A stretch of 43,938 nt of DNA from Stramenopiles sp. TOSAG23-2. Taxonomy: Eukaryota. The translations under genes and the position numbers were made by a program. Position 1 is the stretch's first letter; each line of letters opens with the position of its first letter. Of this stretch, positions 10,125 to 20,600 are shown piece after piece. Under the pieces are notes generated by a model that was not told the DNA's origin, ran no database searches, and saw only the letters and a program-made list of their open reading frames with translations. The DNA is taken from the NCBI GenBank assembly GCA_900128395.1, contig LT649295.1:1-43938 (forward strand), read 5' to 3'.

Positions 10125-11855
10125 TCACCCAGGCGATCGTTTGAAAGCATCATTCTTATTTATAAAATAATCTTTTTCTGGGGTATTAAATGGTTGTTGC
10201 TGCTGTTGTTGTTGTTGTTGCATTTGATGATGATAATACCTCCTCTCCATTTGCAATCGATATAAACTATTATAATAAAAATATTGATATAGTTGCCTTT
10301 GATATTGTGGATTATGCATCATCATCATATGTTGTTGTTGTTGTTGTTGTTGATGTGGATGTTGTGGTGGTGGTGGTGGTGGCACCAGCGGTGATTGTAT
10401 TGATGGCATTAAATCGTTTTCTTGACGTGATACAGTTCGATTATTCTCCTCATCATTATTAACATTTACCATTTCTTCTTCTTCACGTCGTCTCCTATCA
10501 TCATTGCCAGTTGGTTGATTATCTTCTGATGTATTATTATTATTATCAGTATTCACCACATTATCATTATTAACAACAGCAACATTAACATTATTATTTC
10601 GACGTACAATATAATTAACATTTCCTTGTTGACGATGTATCACAACAACTGGTACAATAGCTTGACGACAACAACTAAATGTCCAAATCACATACACAAA
10701 GATTAAATCTTTATATAAACTAAAATGATCCACATCTAATTTACTTATTGAAAATAAATCACCAAATATTGCCCATATCAAACCATACAATGTAAATGTA
10801 TAACAACATAGACGAAGTACACTTAAATAGGATGGGAATCCATAACCACGATAATTACGATATGATGCAAAACAACAAATTGCATATGCAGGTATGGACA
10901 TGACAACAATCGCACATAATGATTCTAAAAATGTTAAAACAAAAAATAAACCAATTGAAATCGATGCAATCAGTAATATAGGCATTGCCAGTTGCATTGT
11001 ACTTGTATAAATATTGAAAATATTTTCATTCTTCAATTTTTGTTTAAAGACTTTTTTAATCATAAACAATTTATTTTTAACAATTTCTTTCGTACATCGA
11101 TATTTAAACTTCTTTGTTGAACTTGATGATGATAATACTGTTTTTTTACAAAACATTTTCACAAATGTATCTAAATGATTAAAATGAGAGGTATATTCCA
11201 TTTCAACCATACGATCAAATAAAAGTATTTTTTGCTTCTTATGTTTCATTCGTTTATTGTTTTTATCCACATTTAAAACAATTGTCCACCAATTATCAAA
11301 TAAAGTAATATCATCATGTTTATTTTTTAAAATATTTGGATGTTTATCTAAATAATCCAATTGCATTGCTTTATCATTTACAAATAAAATTCTTGGACTT
11401 GGCAACATATTTTGAACCAGCGTTGGATTGACACTATACCGTGTTGCTAAATATGTTAAAAAAACATTTATACCATTTCGATAAAATGTTGGCATGTCCA
11501 TGATAAAAGGTGTTGGCATTTTATTATGATCTATTAATATTTCTTGTGTAAAATCATCTAATGATAATATTAAATTTTTTGGATATGTATCAGCCATGTC
11601 TTGTAAATAATCTGTTTTGAATATTAATTTTGTGATATTTTCATTTTCATAAAATAATGTTTTCGATAATAATAACATTTCCATAATCATCGATACAAAA
11701 AAAACATGAAAAAAAGCACTGCAACATGATTGGCGGTTTGGATGTCGTAAAAACCCAATGTAAAAATTTGGCCTTAATGCATTTATTACTAATACAGATG
11801 CATAAATTGCAATACCAAGCAAGATTAACGAGCAGGAATAGACAAATAATACCAT
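10125..11855 (-). CDS. Unknown multi-pass membrane protein with an Asn/Pro/Gln-rich C-terminal tail
   Basis: 576-aa ORF with 2 N-terminal and ~4 central hydrophobic helices flanking a soluble domain. No family recognised. Confidence 0.7.
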   Translation of the reverse strand: MVLFVYSCSLILLGIAIYASVLVINALRPNFYIGFLRHPNRQSCCSAFFHVFFVSMIMEMLLLSKTLFYENENITKLIFKTDYLQDMADTYPKNLILSLDDFTQEILIDHNKMPTPFIMDMPTFYRNGINVFLTYLATRYSVNPTLVQNMLPSPRILFVNDKAMQLDYLDKHPNILKNKHDDITLFDNWWTIVLNVDKNNKRMKHKKQKILLFDRMVEMEYTSHFNHLDTFVKMFCKKTVLSSSSSTKKFKYRCTKEIVKNKLFMIKKVFKQKLKNENIFNIYTSTMQLAMPILLIASISIGLFFVLTFLESLCAIVVMSIPAYAICCFASYRNYRGYGFPSYLSVLRLCCYTFTLYGLIWAIFGDLFSISKLDVDHFSLYKDLIFVYVIWTFSCCRQAIVPVVVIHRQQGNVNYIVRRNNNVNVAVVNNDNVVNTDNNNNTSEDNQPTGNDDRRRREEEEMVNVNNDEENNRTVSRQENDLMPSIQSPLVPPPPPPQHPHQQQQQQQHMMMMHNPQYQRQLYQYFYYNSLYRLQMERRYYHHQMQQQQQQQQQPFNTPEKDYFINKNDAFKRSPG

Positions 11856-12173
11856 GTGGGATGTGATGTGATGTGTGTGTGATGTGATGTTTGTCGTGGT
11901 GTATTATATATATATGATACAATTGTATAAATATAAATATGCAACTAAATGGTGGTTCTAGCTTTGGTTATTGTCATGACCTTGCTTTATTTGCTGTTTT
12001 TTCTACTTTTGTTTTTACATATATATATAAACGTATGCACGTATATATTCTTCAGTGTGTGTTTATTGATGAGAGATTTATTATTAGATGAATATATAAA
12101 TAGGTTTGGTGTAGTTTCTTGGTATATAGGGATATTGTAGTTGGTAGTATATAAATATATATTATATTAATTA

Positions 12174-13042
12174 TTATGCGTATATCCCAAACCCTTCCAC
12201 TTGTTGATACCCGTTTGATCCATCTCTTTTATATTGTTGTATATCCCATAATTGTGATTTCATATTATCACTAAGTTGATTATTCTCTAGGCGCAAGAAA
12301 TCTAATGTATTGTTTGTTTTTAATCCATCAATAATACTTTGTATTCCACTATCATCAGTAATATTATTATTATGTAGGGACAATAACGTTAATGTACTGT
12401 ATTGTTTGTTTTTAATCCATCAATAATACTTTGTATTCCACTATCATCAGTAATATTATTATCAGATAGGTCCAATCTCTCTAATGTACTGTTTGTTTTT
12501 AATGCTTCACCAATACTTTGTACATCAGTAATATTATTATAATGTAGGTACAATATCTTTAATGTATTGTTTGTTCTTAATGCTTCACCAATACTTTGTA
12601 CATCAGTAATGTTATTACCATATAGGTTCAATCTCGTTAATGTATTGTTTGCTTTTAACAATTCACCAATAGCTATTGCATCCTCATCCGTGAGATTCTT
12701 TCCCATCAAATCCACTTCCGTCTTTCCATCAAATTCTTTTTCCCATTTAATATATGCAGCAAGTTTCTTTTTATTATTATTATTATTATTCACGAATAAT
12801 TGTTGCATCGCTTTTATCTTAAAACGCTGCTCTTTTAATTTTAACTCCATCTCCTTCAATTTTAACTCCATCTCCTTCAATTTCTTCGCCATCTCCTGGT
12901 CTTTCATAACATAACTAATCAATAGTGCAGAAATGATTGTAAACAAAATATAACCTTCTTTCATAACATACCTAATCAATAGTGCAAAAATGATTGTAAA
13001 CAAAATATAATAAACATTTTCATCTGTTGTTAACGATGCCAT
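12174..13042 (-). pseudogene. Membrane-anchored RI-like/NLRC3-like LRR gene split by a 5-bp insertion (pseudogene or assembly error)
   Basis: Repeats of 26-28 aa (LKTNNTLxxLxLxxNNITD). Removing GTACA (plus-strand TGTAC at 12393-12397) joins ORFs 12389..13042 and 12174..12383 in correct LRR register. The N-terminus has a duplicated TM segment and an LKEMELK coiled coil. Confidence 0.8.
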
Positions 13043-13538
13043 TCTTGTTTTCTTTATTGCAAATAGGCGAAAAGTGAAAGAATCAATTATGTATCTATAT
13101 TATTTATAAACTTTCACAAATATTAAATAATAACTAGAGACGACTATTATAACAGTAAATTTAGTTGAGATCGTAAAACTAGAAAGTATTTATTATCTGT
13201 ACACTCTTCTTTTATCTCGTCTGCACATGTGTTTGTTTTCTGTTTATGTATATATGTTTGCACATGTCATATATTAATAAGTTGTGGTGGTATTTACCTG
13301 CTATTCTAATGAAGTCACTGGCAAAGATCGTGAGTACAGTATGGGAATATCATTGGGGCTCATCGATGTACACATCCGTAAAATGGATCTTATCAACCTC
13401 CTTTTTTGTGTTTGTTGGTTCAAAGGTCCTCACCATATACAAGTACATAGCATTGTATAATGATATTCTTATATTATATCTAACCGTTCGTACTTATTAT
13501 ATACTAAATATTATATTATATCTATCAAATAAATACAA

Positions 13539-13685
13539 CCATAGTGAATAGTTTTAATATGTTAAAAATCATAAAATATAGAAATTTAGAATTATTTCCC
13601 CCATAGTGAATAGTGTTAATTTGTTAAAAATCATCATAAAATAGCAATTTAGAATTATTTTCCCCATAGTGTATAGTGTTAATTT
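13539..13685. repeat. Intergenic tandem repeat, ~62-63 bp unit x ~2.3
   Basis: CCATAGTG(A/T)ATAGT...TTAAAAATCAT...ATTTAGAATTATTT units start at 13539, 13601 and 13664. Confidence 0.85.
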
Positions 13686-14011
13686 ACTATCCTATCATAT
13701 AACAGTAGACTACCTGGTACGACAAATAAACCAATCAAAACACAGAAATAAACACACCGTTATAATAACACATATGGTAACAAGTGATGCAAAACAAAAT
13801 AGACAGATTCATTTCGTGTTACATTCATTTCGATCGATCAATTGTACACACGAATTATTTTTTTTTTTGCATTGTATTGGTATATAATTTATTCTCGTTG
13901 CTGTATCATTTTATCATTTTTCTTTTTTTCTTTTTTTTTTGTTAAATCATCATCATCATCATTTTATAAAGACCCACCCCAAAAAAAAAAATAGATTATT
14001 TATATAAAAAA

Positions 14012-15967
14012 ATGAAACACATATTATTATTATTATTACTAATATTAAATATAATCATCACAACCACCAATGCGAATAATACAAATGAAATTAAATGTAT
14101 ACGTGGTCAATATATGGATCGGGATTTAAAAAAATGTATTGCATGCCCTGCTGGTAGATATGGTAGATCCTATGGATTAACAAGTCCAAATTGTGATGGT
14201 TTATGTGACGTAGGTCATTTTTGTCCACCAGGTAGTACTAGTAAAAAAGAACAACCATGTCCATCTGGACGATATGGAAATGCACGTGGTTTAACAAATG
14301 CACAATGTTCCGGGCCATGTGAAGCTGGGTATACATGTAGACCACGTTCAACTACAAGTCGTGAACAACCATGTGGAGAAGTATATCATTATTGTCCACA
14401 AGGTAGTGGGGAAAGACGTGATGTTTCAATAGGTAGTTATACAATAGGTAACGATGAATATACACGAATAGGACAAATAGAATGTGAACCAGGATATTAT
14501 TGCATCAAAGGTGTGAAATATCAATGTGCTGCTGGTAAATATGGAAATAGTACTGGTTTGCATACTAGTGATTGTGGTGGTTGGTGGGTTGATTCCGTTC
14601 ATAATATTCGACATTGGGTCAATGGTACTTGTCCAATTGGTAAATATTGTCCAATTGCATCAACAATACCAACCGCATGTCCAGCTGGTAGATATGGTGG
14701 AACAACGGAATTAAAAGATGCAACATGTTCTGGTCCATGTGCAAAAGGTTTTTATTGCCCATCGTCTAGTATTTATATCAATCAAACAGCATGCCCAAAA
14801 GGTAGATATGGAAACGTAACAGGTTTACAAACAAAAGCATGTAATCCAGATTGCCATGAAGGTAAATATTGTTTAGGACAAACAGAAATTTATGCGACGG
14901 ATGGTAATTATTTATTACCAATTGGCCATCCTGATTTTGTCGGTATACCCGATGATTTATATGATTCAAATACAAAAGCAACTATGTGTGATGCTGGGTA
15001 TTATTGTGAATTGAATTCACCATCATCTAGGCAATATAAATGTGGTGGGTCGAATAAATTTTGCCCATCTGGATCATTTGCTCCTACATTTGTTAGTGAA
15101 GGGTATTATACCGTTGGTGGTGGTCCTGGTGTAAATGATGAAAGTGGTAGTGAGGAAACGAGACATAGTCAAAAAGAATGTCCACAAGGGCATTATTGTA
15201 TCAATGGTATTCGAATCGAATGTCCAAAAGGTAAATATGGCACAACGACTGGATTATCCACAAGTGAATGTGATGGTGATTGTGATCCAGGATATTATTG
15301 CGATCCAGCATCGCCATCTCAACGACAACATGAATGCGATCATCCATCTGTCTATTGCCCAAAAGGTTCGTTTACACCAACTAAAGTTAGTGTAGGATAT
15401 TATACAACAAATGGTGAACCACGTACTCGTTCAAATCAATCTATATGTGAACCTGGACGATATTGTGTAAATGGTATTAAACGTATGTGCCCTGCGGGTA
15501 AATTTGGATCCACATATGGTTTATCAACAAACGATTGTAGTGGCGATTGTTTCATTGGACATTATTGTCCAACAAATTCAACCAGTGGCGAGGAAGTGAA
15601 ATGTCCAGCTGGTAAATATGGTGGGGAACGTGGTTTACGTACACCGTATTGTAGTGGACCATGTGATGAAAATTTTTATTGTCCACTTGCATCTATTAGT
15701 GCACAAGAATTAGATTGCCCTGGTGCAGATTTTATTTGCCCCATTGGTAGTGGTGCGCCTATTAGTGTCCAAAGCGACGAGACGTTGATATTAGATACAA
15801 CAAGGCGTCATGTATATGAATGCGATAAAGATGCTGCCTTGCATGGTATTTGTGCAGATAAAGTATTAGCAACGAGAGATCCAGATATTAGTGTAAGAAG
15901 AAAAACCGATTATGAATATTTAGATATTGAAAATGAAAATTATCAATATTTAGATAATATTGATTAG
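14012..15967 (+). CDS. Secreted cysteine-rich repeat protein (GCC2/GCC3, ephrin-receptor-like CPAG repeats)
   Basis: Signal peptide MKHILLLLLLILNIIITTTNA, followed by many CP(A/K/S)G(R/K)YG-x3-GL-x4-C(S/D)G-x-C-x2-G-x-(Y/F)CP units. No TM segment. Confidence 0.85.
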   Translation: MKHILLLLLLILNIIITTTNANNTNEIKCIRGQYMDRDLKKCIACPAGRYGRSYGLTSPNCDGLCDVGHFCPPGSTSKKEQPCPSGRYGNARGLTNAQCSGPCEAGYTCRPRSTTSREQPCGEVYHYCPQGSGERRDVSIGSYTIGNDEYTRIGQIECEPGYYCIKGVKYQCAAGKYGNSTGLHTSDCGGWWVDSVHNIRHWVNGTCPIGKYCPIASTIPTACPAGRYGGTTELKDATCSGPCAKGFYCPSSSIYINQTACPKGRYGNVTGLQTKACNPDCHEGKYCLGQTEIYATDGNYLLPIGHPDFVGIPDDLYDSNTKATMCDAGYYCELNSPSSRQYKCGGSNKFCPSGSFAPTFVSEGYYTVGGGPGVNDESGSEETRHSQKECPQGHYCINGIRIECPKGKYGTTTGLSTSECDGDCDPGYYCDPASPSQRQHECDHPSVYCPKGSFTPTKVSVGYYTTNGEPRTRSNQSICEPGRYCVNGIKRMCPAGKFGSTYGLSTNDCSGDCFIGHYCPTNSTSGEEVKCPAGKYGGERGLRTPYCSGPCDENFYCPLASISAQELDCPGADFICPIGSGAPISVQSDETLILDTTRRHVYECDKDAALHGICADKVLATRDPDISVRRKTDYEYLDIENENYQYLDNID

Positions 15968-16129
15968 AGGAGGGAGAGGCAAGGAAGAAGTGTTTTTGTT
16001 GTAAATTACAAGAGCAAAGAGCAGATATATTTATAACATATCTCAAGCGTTTCCGTATTTTGAATTTGTTGATGTAATAATATATTTTTTATTCTCTCAC
16101 TGCAGCAGATAAAATCTAGTCAAATTGTT

Positions 16130-16287
16130 TTAGTAAAATAACTCATCTTCTTCTTCTTCATCGATAAAACCACCACTATCACCTCCATTATTCTTATTCG
16201 TATTCGTCATATTCTTATTTAAACGTAGACGACTACTGTTTCCACCATAATTATTGTTGTTGTTATTATTTTTATTATTGCTTTTCT

Positions 16288-16324
<37 letters not shown>

Positions 16325-16723
16325 ATTATTATTACTTTTTGATTTTCGTTTCTTTACAATTTCTACTTTTTCAATTTGACGTAATAAATCTTCTCTTCTT
16401 CGAAATAATAATTTTACATCATCTTGGTTAATATTGACTCGTTTTGCATGTTTTGCAAATGCAAACATGTCTTTTGTCATTGTTCCAGCATGTTGAAATA
16501 AACATTCTGTTAATGCATGTACGACTGATTTATCAATTTGTAATTTTTCATCATCCAACGTTTCAAATGCGCCTTGTTCACTATTTTTTTCATGTTCCAC
16601 TATTTTACCAACTTCTACTAATAAACTTTTTCGTAACTCTTCTTTTAATTTTTCATTTTGTATAAACTGTTCATCATCATTTCCACCACTAGCATAATTA
16701 AAATTTTCATCTACATCATTCAT
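16130..16723 (-). CDS. CENPS: Centromere protein S / MHF1 histone-fold protein
   Basis: L-x5-VGKIVE...ALTE...KDMFAFAKHAKRVNINQDDVKLLFRR matches the CENP-S histone fold (DLExFAKHAKRxTIxxDDVxLLxRR). Low-complexity tail. Confidence 0.85.
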
Positions 16724-17144
16724 TTTTTTTTTTCACCAACACAATTGTTTTTTTAATTTTACTTTTTTTCACGGTAGTATAGTCGTTTAAATAATGAGTA
16801 ATGTAATATATATATCGATCGATAAACACAGTTTTGATCACTCTTATTGTATTTTCAAAAAAGTACCTCTCTGTTGTTCATCATTTGTATATATACACCT
16901 TTTCTATTCAATGTATACATACTCGTGGATTTTTTCATCCGTCTTATTGTTAAGGCTTATACGGACAATTTCCTTTTTCGATTGATCGATTGATATACCT
17001 ATTACGCATTATAGATTATAGATCTTCATTTAAAATATATTATTTTCCTTAATTTCGAATTAATAATAAATGCAACACAATTCAACAACAGAATCTTATA
17101 GTTCCGGGAAAAATCTTCTTAGTTCCGAGATGTAGATACATAAA

Positions 17145-17224
17145 AAGCGGAAATATTAAATTATAAAATGTGACTAAGTATAAAATGTTACTAAGCGGAA
17201 ATATTAAATTATAAAATGTGACTA
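17145..17224. repeat. Perfect 32-bp direct repeat, period 48 bp
   Basis: AAGCGGAAATATTAAATTATAAAATGTGACTA at 17145-17176 and 17193-17224. Confidence 0.9.
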
Positions 17225-17650
17225 CTTCCATGATATTCAGCAGCTATAGTTTGTTGACCAGTACATAATATAACAATTTACAAAATTTTAAATTTTAAAT
17301 ATTTATAATTTGGAAAAATAGGTAAGCGAAAATAAATTCTCCGGGCATAATGCTATTCACCTGCTATAATTTAAGGTTTTAATTATCTCCAGTTTTTTTT
17401 TCTCTAACAATCGACACAAGTGCACAAGTAAAAGTGAAAGATATTGTTTGTTTGCTTCGAGGCGCTCTAGTCGTTCGGTCGTCCATTTTTGAAATTTTGT
17501 GTGTGAACTAATTCTTTTAATTCTGTAATATCATTATTATCGGTTATTGTAGATTTAAAATTCGGATCAAAACATTATACAAGTATTGTTTGTCATCACG
17601 AGAAAAAAAAAAACTCTTAATTTTTAGAAATTAATTAAAAAAAAACAAAA

Positions 17651-20600
17651 ATGAAAAATTACTTCAATAATGGTATGCCAACGTCAATGATAATAATATC
17701 TGTAATGATGTTTTATTTTACCTCCATTATTACCAACAGTATTCTTATGGTTGCTGCTGCAAATCCAACAGCTAATTTCGTTTTGCCAAATCGTGGTTCT
17801 ATTACGGGTGGAGGTTATATAAATATCTACGGAAAGGATCTATTGCCGTCAAAGGATAAAAAAGGTGGAGCATTATTTGATGCAGGAATAAAAGCAAAAT
17901 GGGGTGTTGGCCCAAATTCTTCCATTTCCTGTGACCCTATCAATTACCTATCAAACGATGGTAAAATTGTATGCGTTCCAAGTGCACTTGATAATAAATT
18001 GAATGGAAGAGAAATTTCTACGTTATCAAATTGCGATGGACGCCAATTGTATCTTAATGCACCACCACCCATGACATTATGGGTTGATAATGTTGGCGGC
18101 CCTTTACGCCACCCTAATTATCCTACAGCATCTACGTCGTTACTTGGTAAATGTGGTGGTGGTGGTGGAAAAAAAAATCGGATATGGCAATGTAGTCGTG
18201 AGATAATGATCGGATCGACACCAATACTTGCATCTGTTGTACCTCGTGCCGTTCATGCTGGGGATTTAATAACAGTATATGGCCAAACATGTTTTGGCGA
18301 TGATTTTCAATATATTAAAGATGAAAAAATATCATTAAAAAGTGATTTCTCAATGAGTGGGGAAGAAACCAGAGATCATTTTGGTTTAAAATCGGATATT
18401 ATACGAATACGAGTTGGAAAATATATATGTGAAACTAAAAATAGTGCTGGTCGATATTATCGATCGAACAAAGGACATGTAAAAGGACGATGTTCTTCTT
18501 TTTCAAGTTGGTTTCAATGCCGATTACCTGAAGGAATTGAACCTGGTAAATACCCAATACAATTTGAAACTGTTAATAATGGGCATTCCATTACAAGTAT
18601 AAGTGGATATGGTTTCAACATTAATAATGCTAGCGAAGCATTTTCGGTACAGGTATTGCCAAAATCAACGAAAAAAATATCCATTTTAAATATTACAAGT
18701 GTAGCAAATACAAATGTATTACGAGTACATGGAAAGCATTTAAATGAATCAAATGTGCAAATTAAATGGGGTGGTCAAAGTTGTACTAAAAATTCAATTA
18801 AATATAATGAAATTTTATGTACAAAAAGTACAAATACAGCATCAACGGGAAATAAATATTATTTAGGGCCTATTGCATGGTTGAGGGAAAAATATGTATT
18901 TTTCAAAGAGAGCGATATGGCATACGCTTTGGCTGGAGAGGCTTGGTCAACTGCAATTGAAGGCTTTAAAATGAATTCAAGGCCATCCCCTGGTGAAATA
19001 ATGGATAAATTAAGGACAGGAACATTAAAAACTGGATATGCTAAAATTCGCATTTCTAGTTTATTGCCTGGAAGCCACGCTGGAACACCGTGGGAGTACC
19101 AAAGCGAAAATCCAAGTATCGATTTGAAACAAACATATGGAAGACGCGGTGCAATTTTTCAACGTGTAAGTGGTATTTACAAGGCTACTCACAACGGTTA
19201 TCTTCGCATGGTATCAAGACATACGGCTGGTAATTTAATGACGGTAAGGGTATGTAATACGGTGAATCCTGATTTATGCTATGAAAATTCAGATAAAATA
19301 ATAATATCGGAAACATTACATTTTAATGATATATCTGTCAGAACTCCGTGGTTTCAAGTTGTAAAAGATAATTCATACTTAATTGAACTTTTAGTTAAAT
19401 ATAATCCCCAGCACAACAGAAAATGGGGTGGTTTTAATGTTGATTTTGATTTTTCATATAAAGGTAATGATAACGATGGAGAAACAGCACAAAGCAATGT
19501 AGGTTACACTGGCCCATATACACCAAGGCGAGCTAGAAATGCACAGTACGTGTTAAGAACATCTGGTATCGCTGCAGATACAATTACCATAGTAGTTCGT
19601 AAAGGGGAATCGAACATATTTGATTTAAGCTTAGCCAACGGCACGGTCCCTATTCCGGTACGTGGTGTGCGTTTTCCACCACGTTATTTTAGAAATATTA
19701 TACGTGACAGTTTGAAATGGGCAACATGCGATGAACTGCCTGCAAGATCAAAGAAAATGGAAGTCTTCAGGTATCACCAAATACACCCATTTGACGTTGA
19801 AGGTCGGTGGATAATGGCAAAAGATACAAATGCATTTATCACCAATTCGCTTCCTAAAAGTACGAAAGTTGGTGGTATATCAGGGGCATCGATCGATTAT
19901 TCCACGTCTTACTGTGGATCACTGAGTCAACATATTAACTTAAATGCTATTCCAGATGGCCGGGTTATTGTCCCACCGTTGTCTATTTCCGCGCACGGAA
20001 AAGATTACCCTTACTTGAATTTTGCATACAAGTTAACGCCAAATGCTCGAGTAACAATGTTGCTCCGGTTATACATGAGAAAAAGATTTTTCACATGTGC
20101 AGTGTTGTTGACCCATCCTGAGCCAGCTAATGGTGTGACTGCTCATCCAACTTGCATAAATCTGCAAAATCAAATTGTTGCTGATGGTGCATGGCATGAA
20201 TTGTCGTTCAACTGGAGAAGCTTGTTGACAAGCGAGAGTAATGCTTTCAATGCACTGTTCCCATCGATTAATACGGGCGTGCAATTAATGTCGATCGCGA
20301 TTGGAGCTCAAGTTCATCTAAGTTCGTGCCCATCAAAACAAGATAATGCAGATACACATAATGAAGGCAGCGGTTCGTTATCAGGTGAAATGTGGATTGA
20401 TGCCGTTTCAGTGACAAAATCTTCATATTCATTTAATCGACAAAAACGCACGGAAACTCAAATGGCGGGAATGGTAGAGGGAAAATCAGCAGTTACACAT
20501 ATTGACGTGGATACGCAAACAAATGCAGACAAAACCGAAGACAAAGTTACCATTAAATTGTATCGCACTGATCAATGTGTAACTTCTGCAAGCAGTGCTC

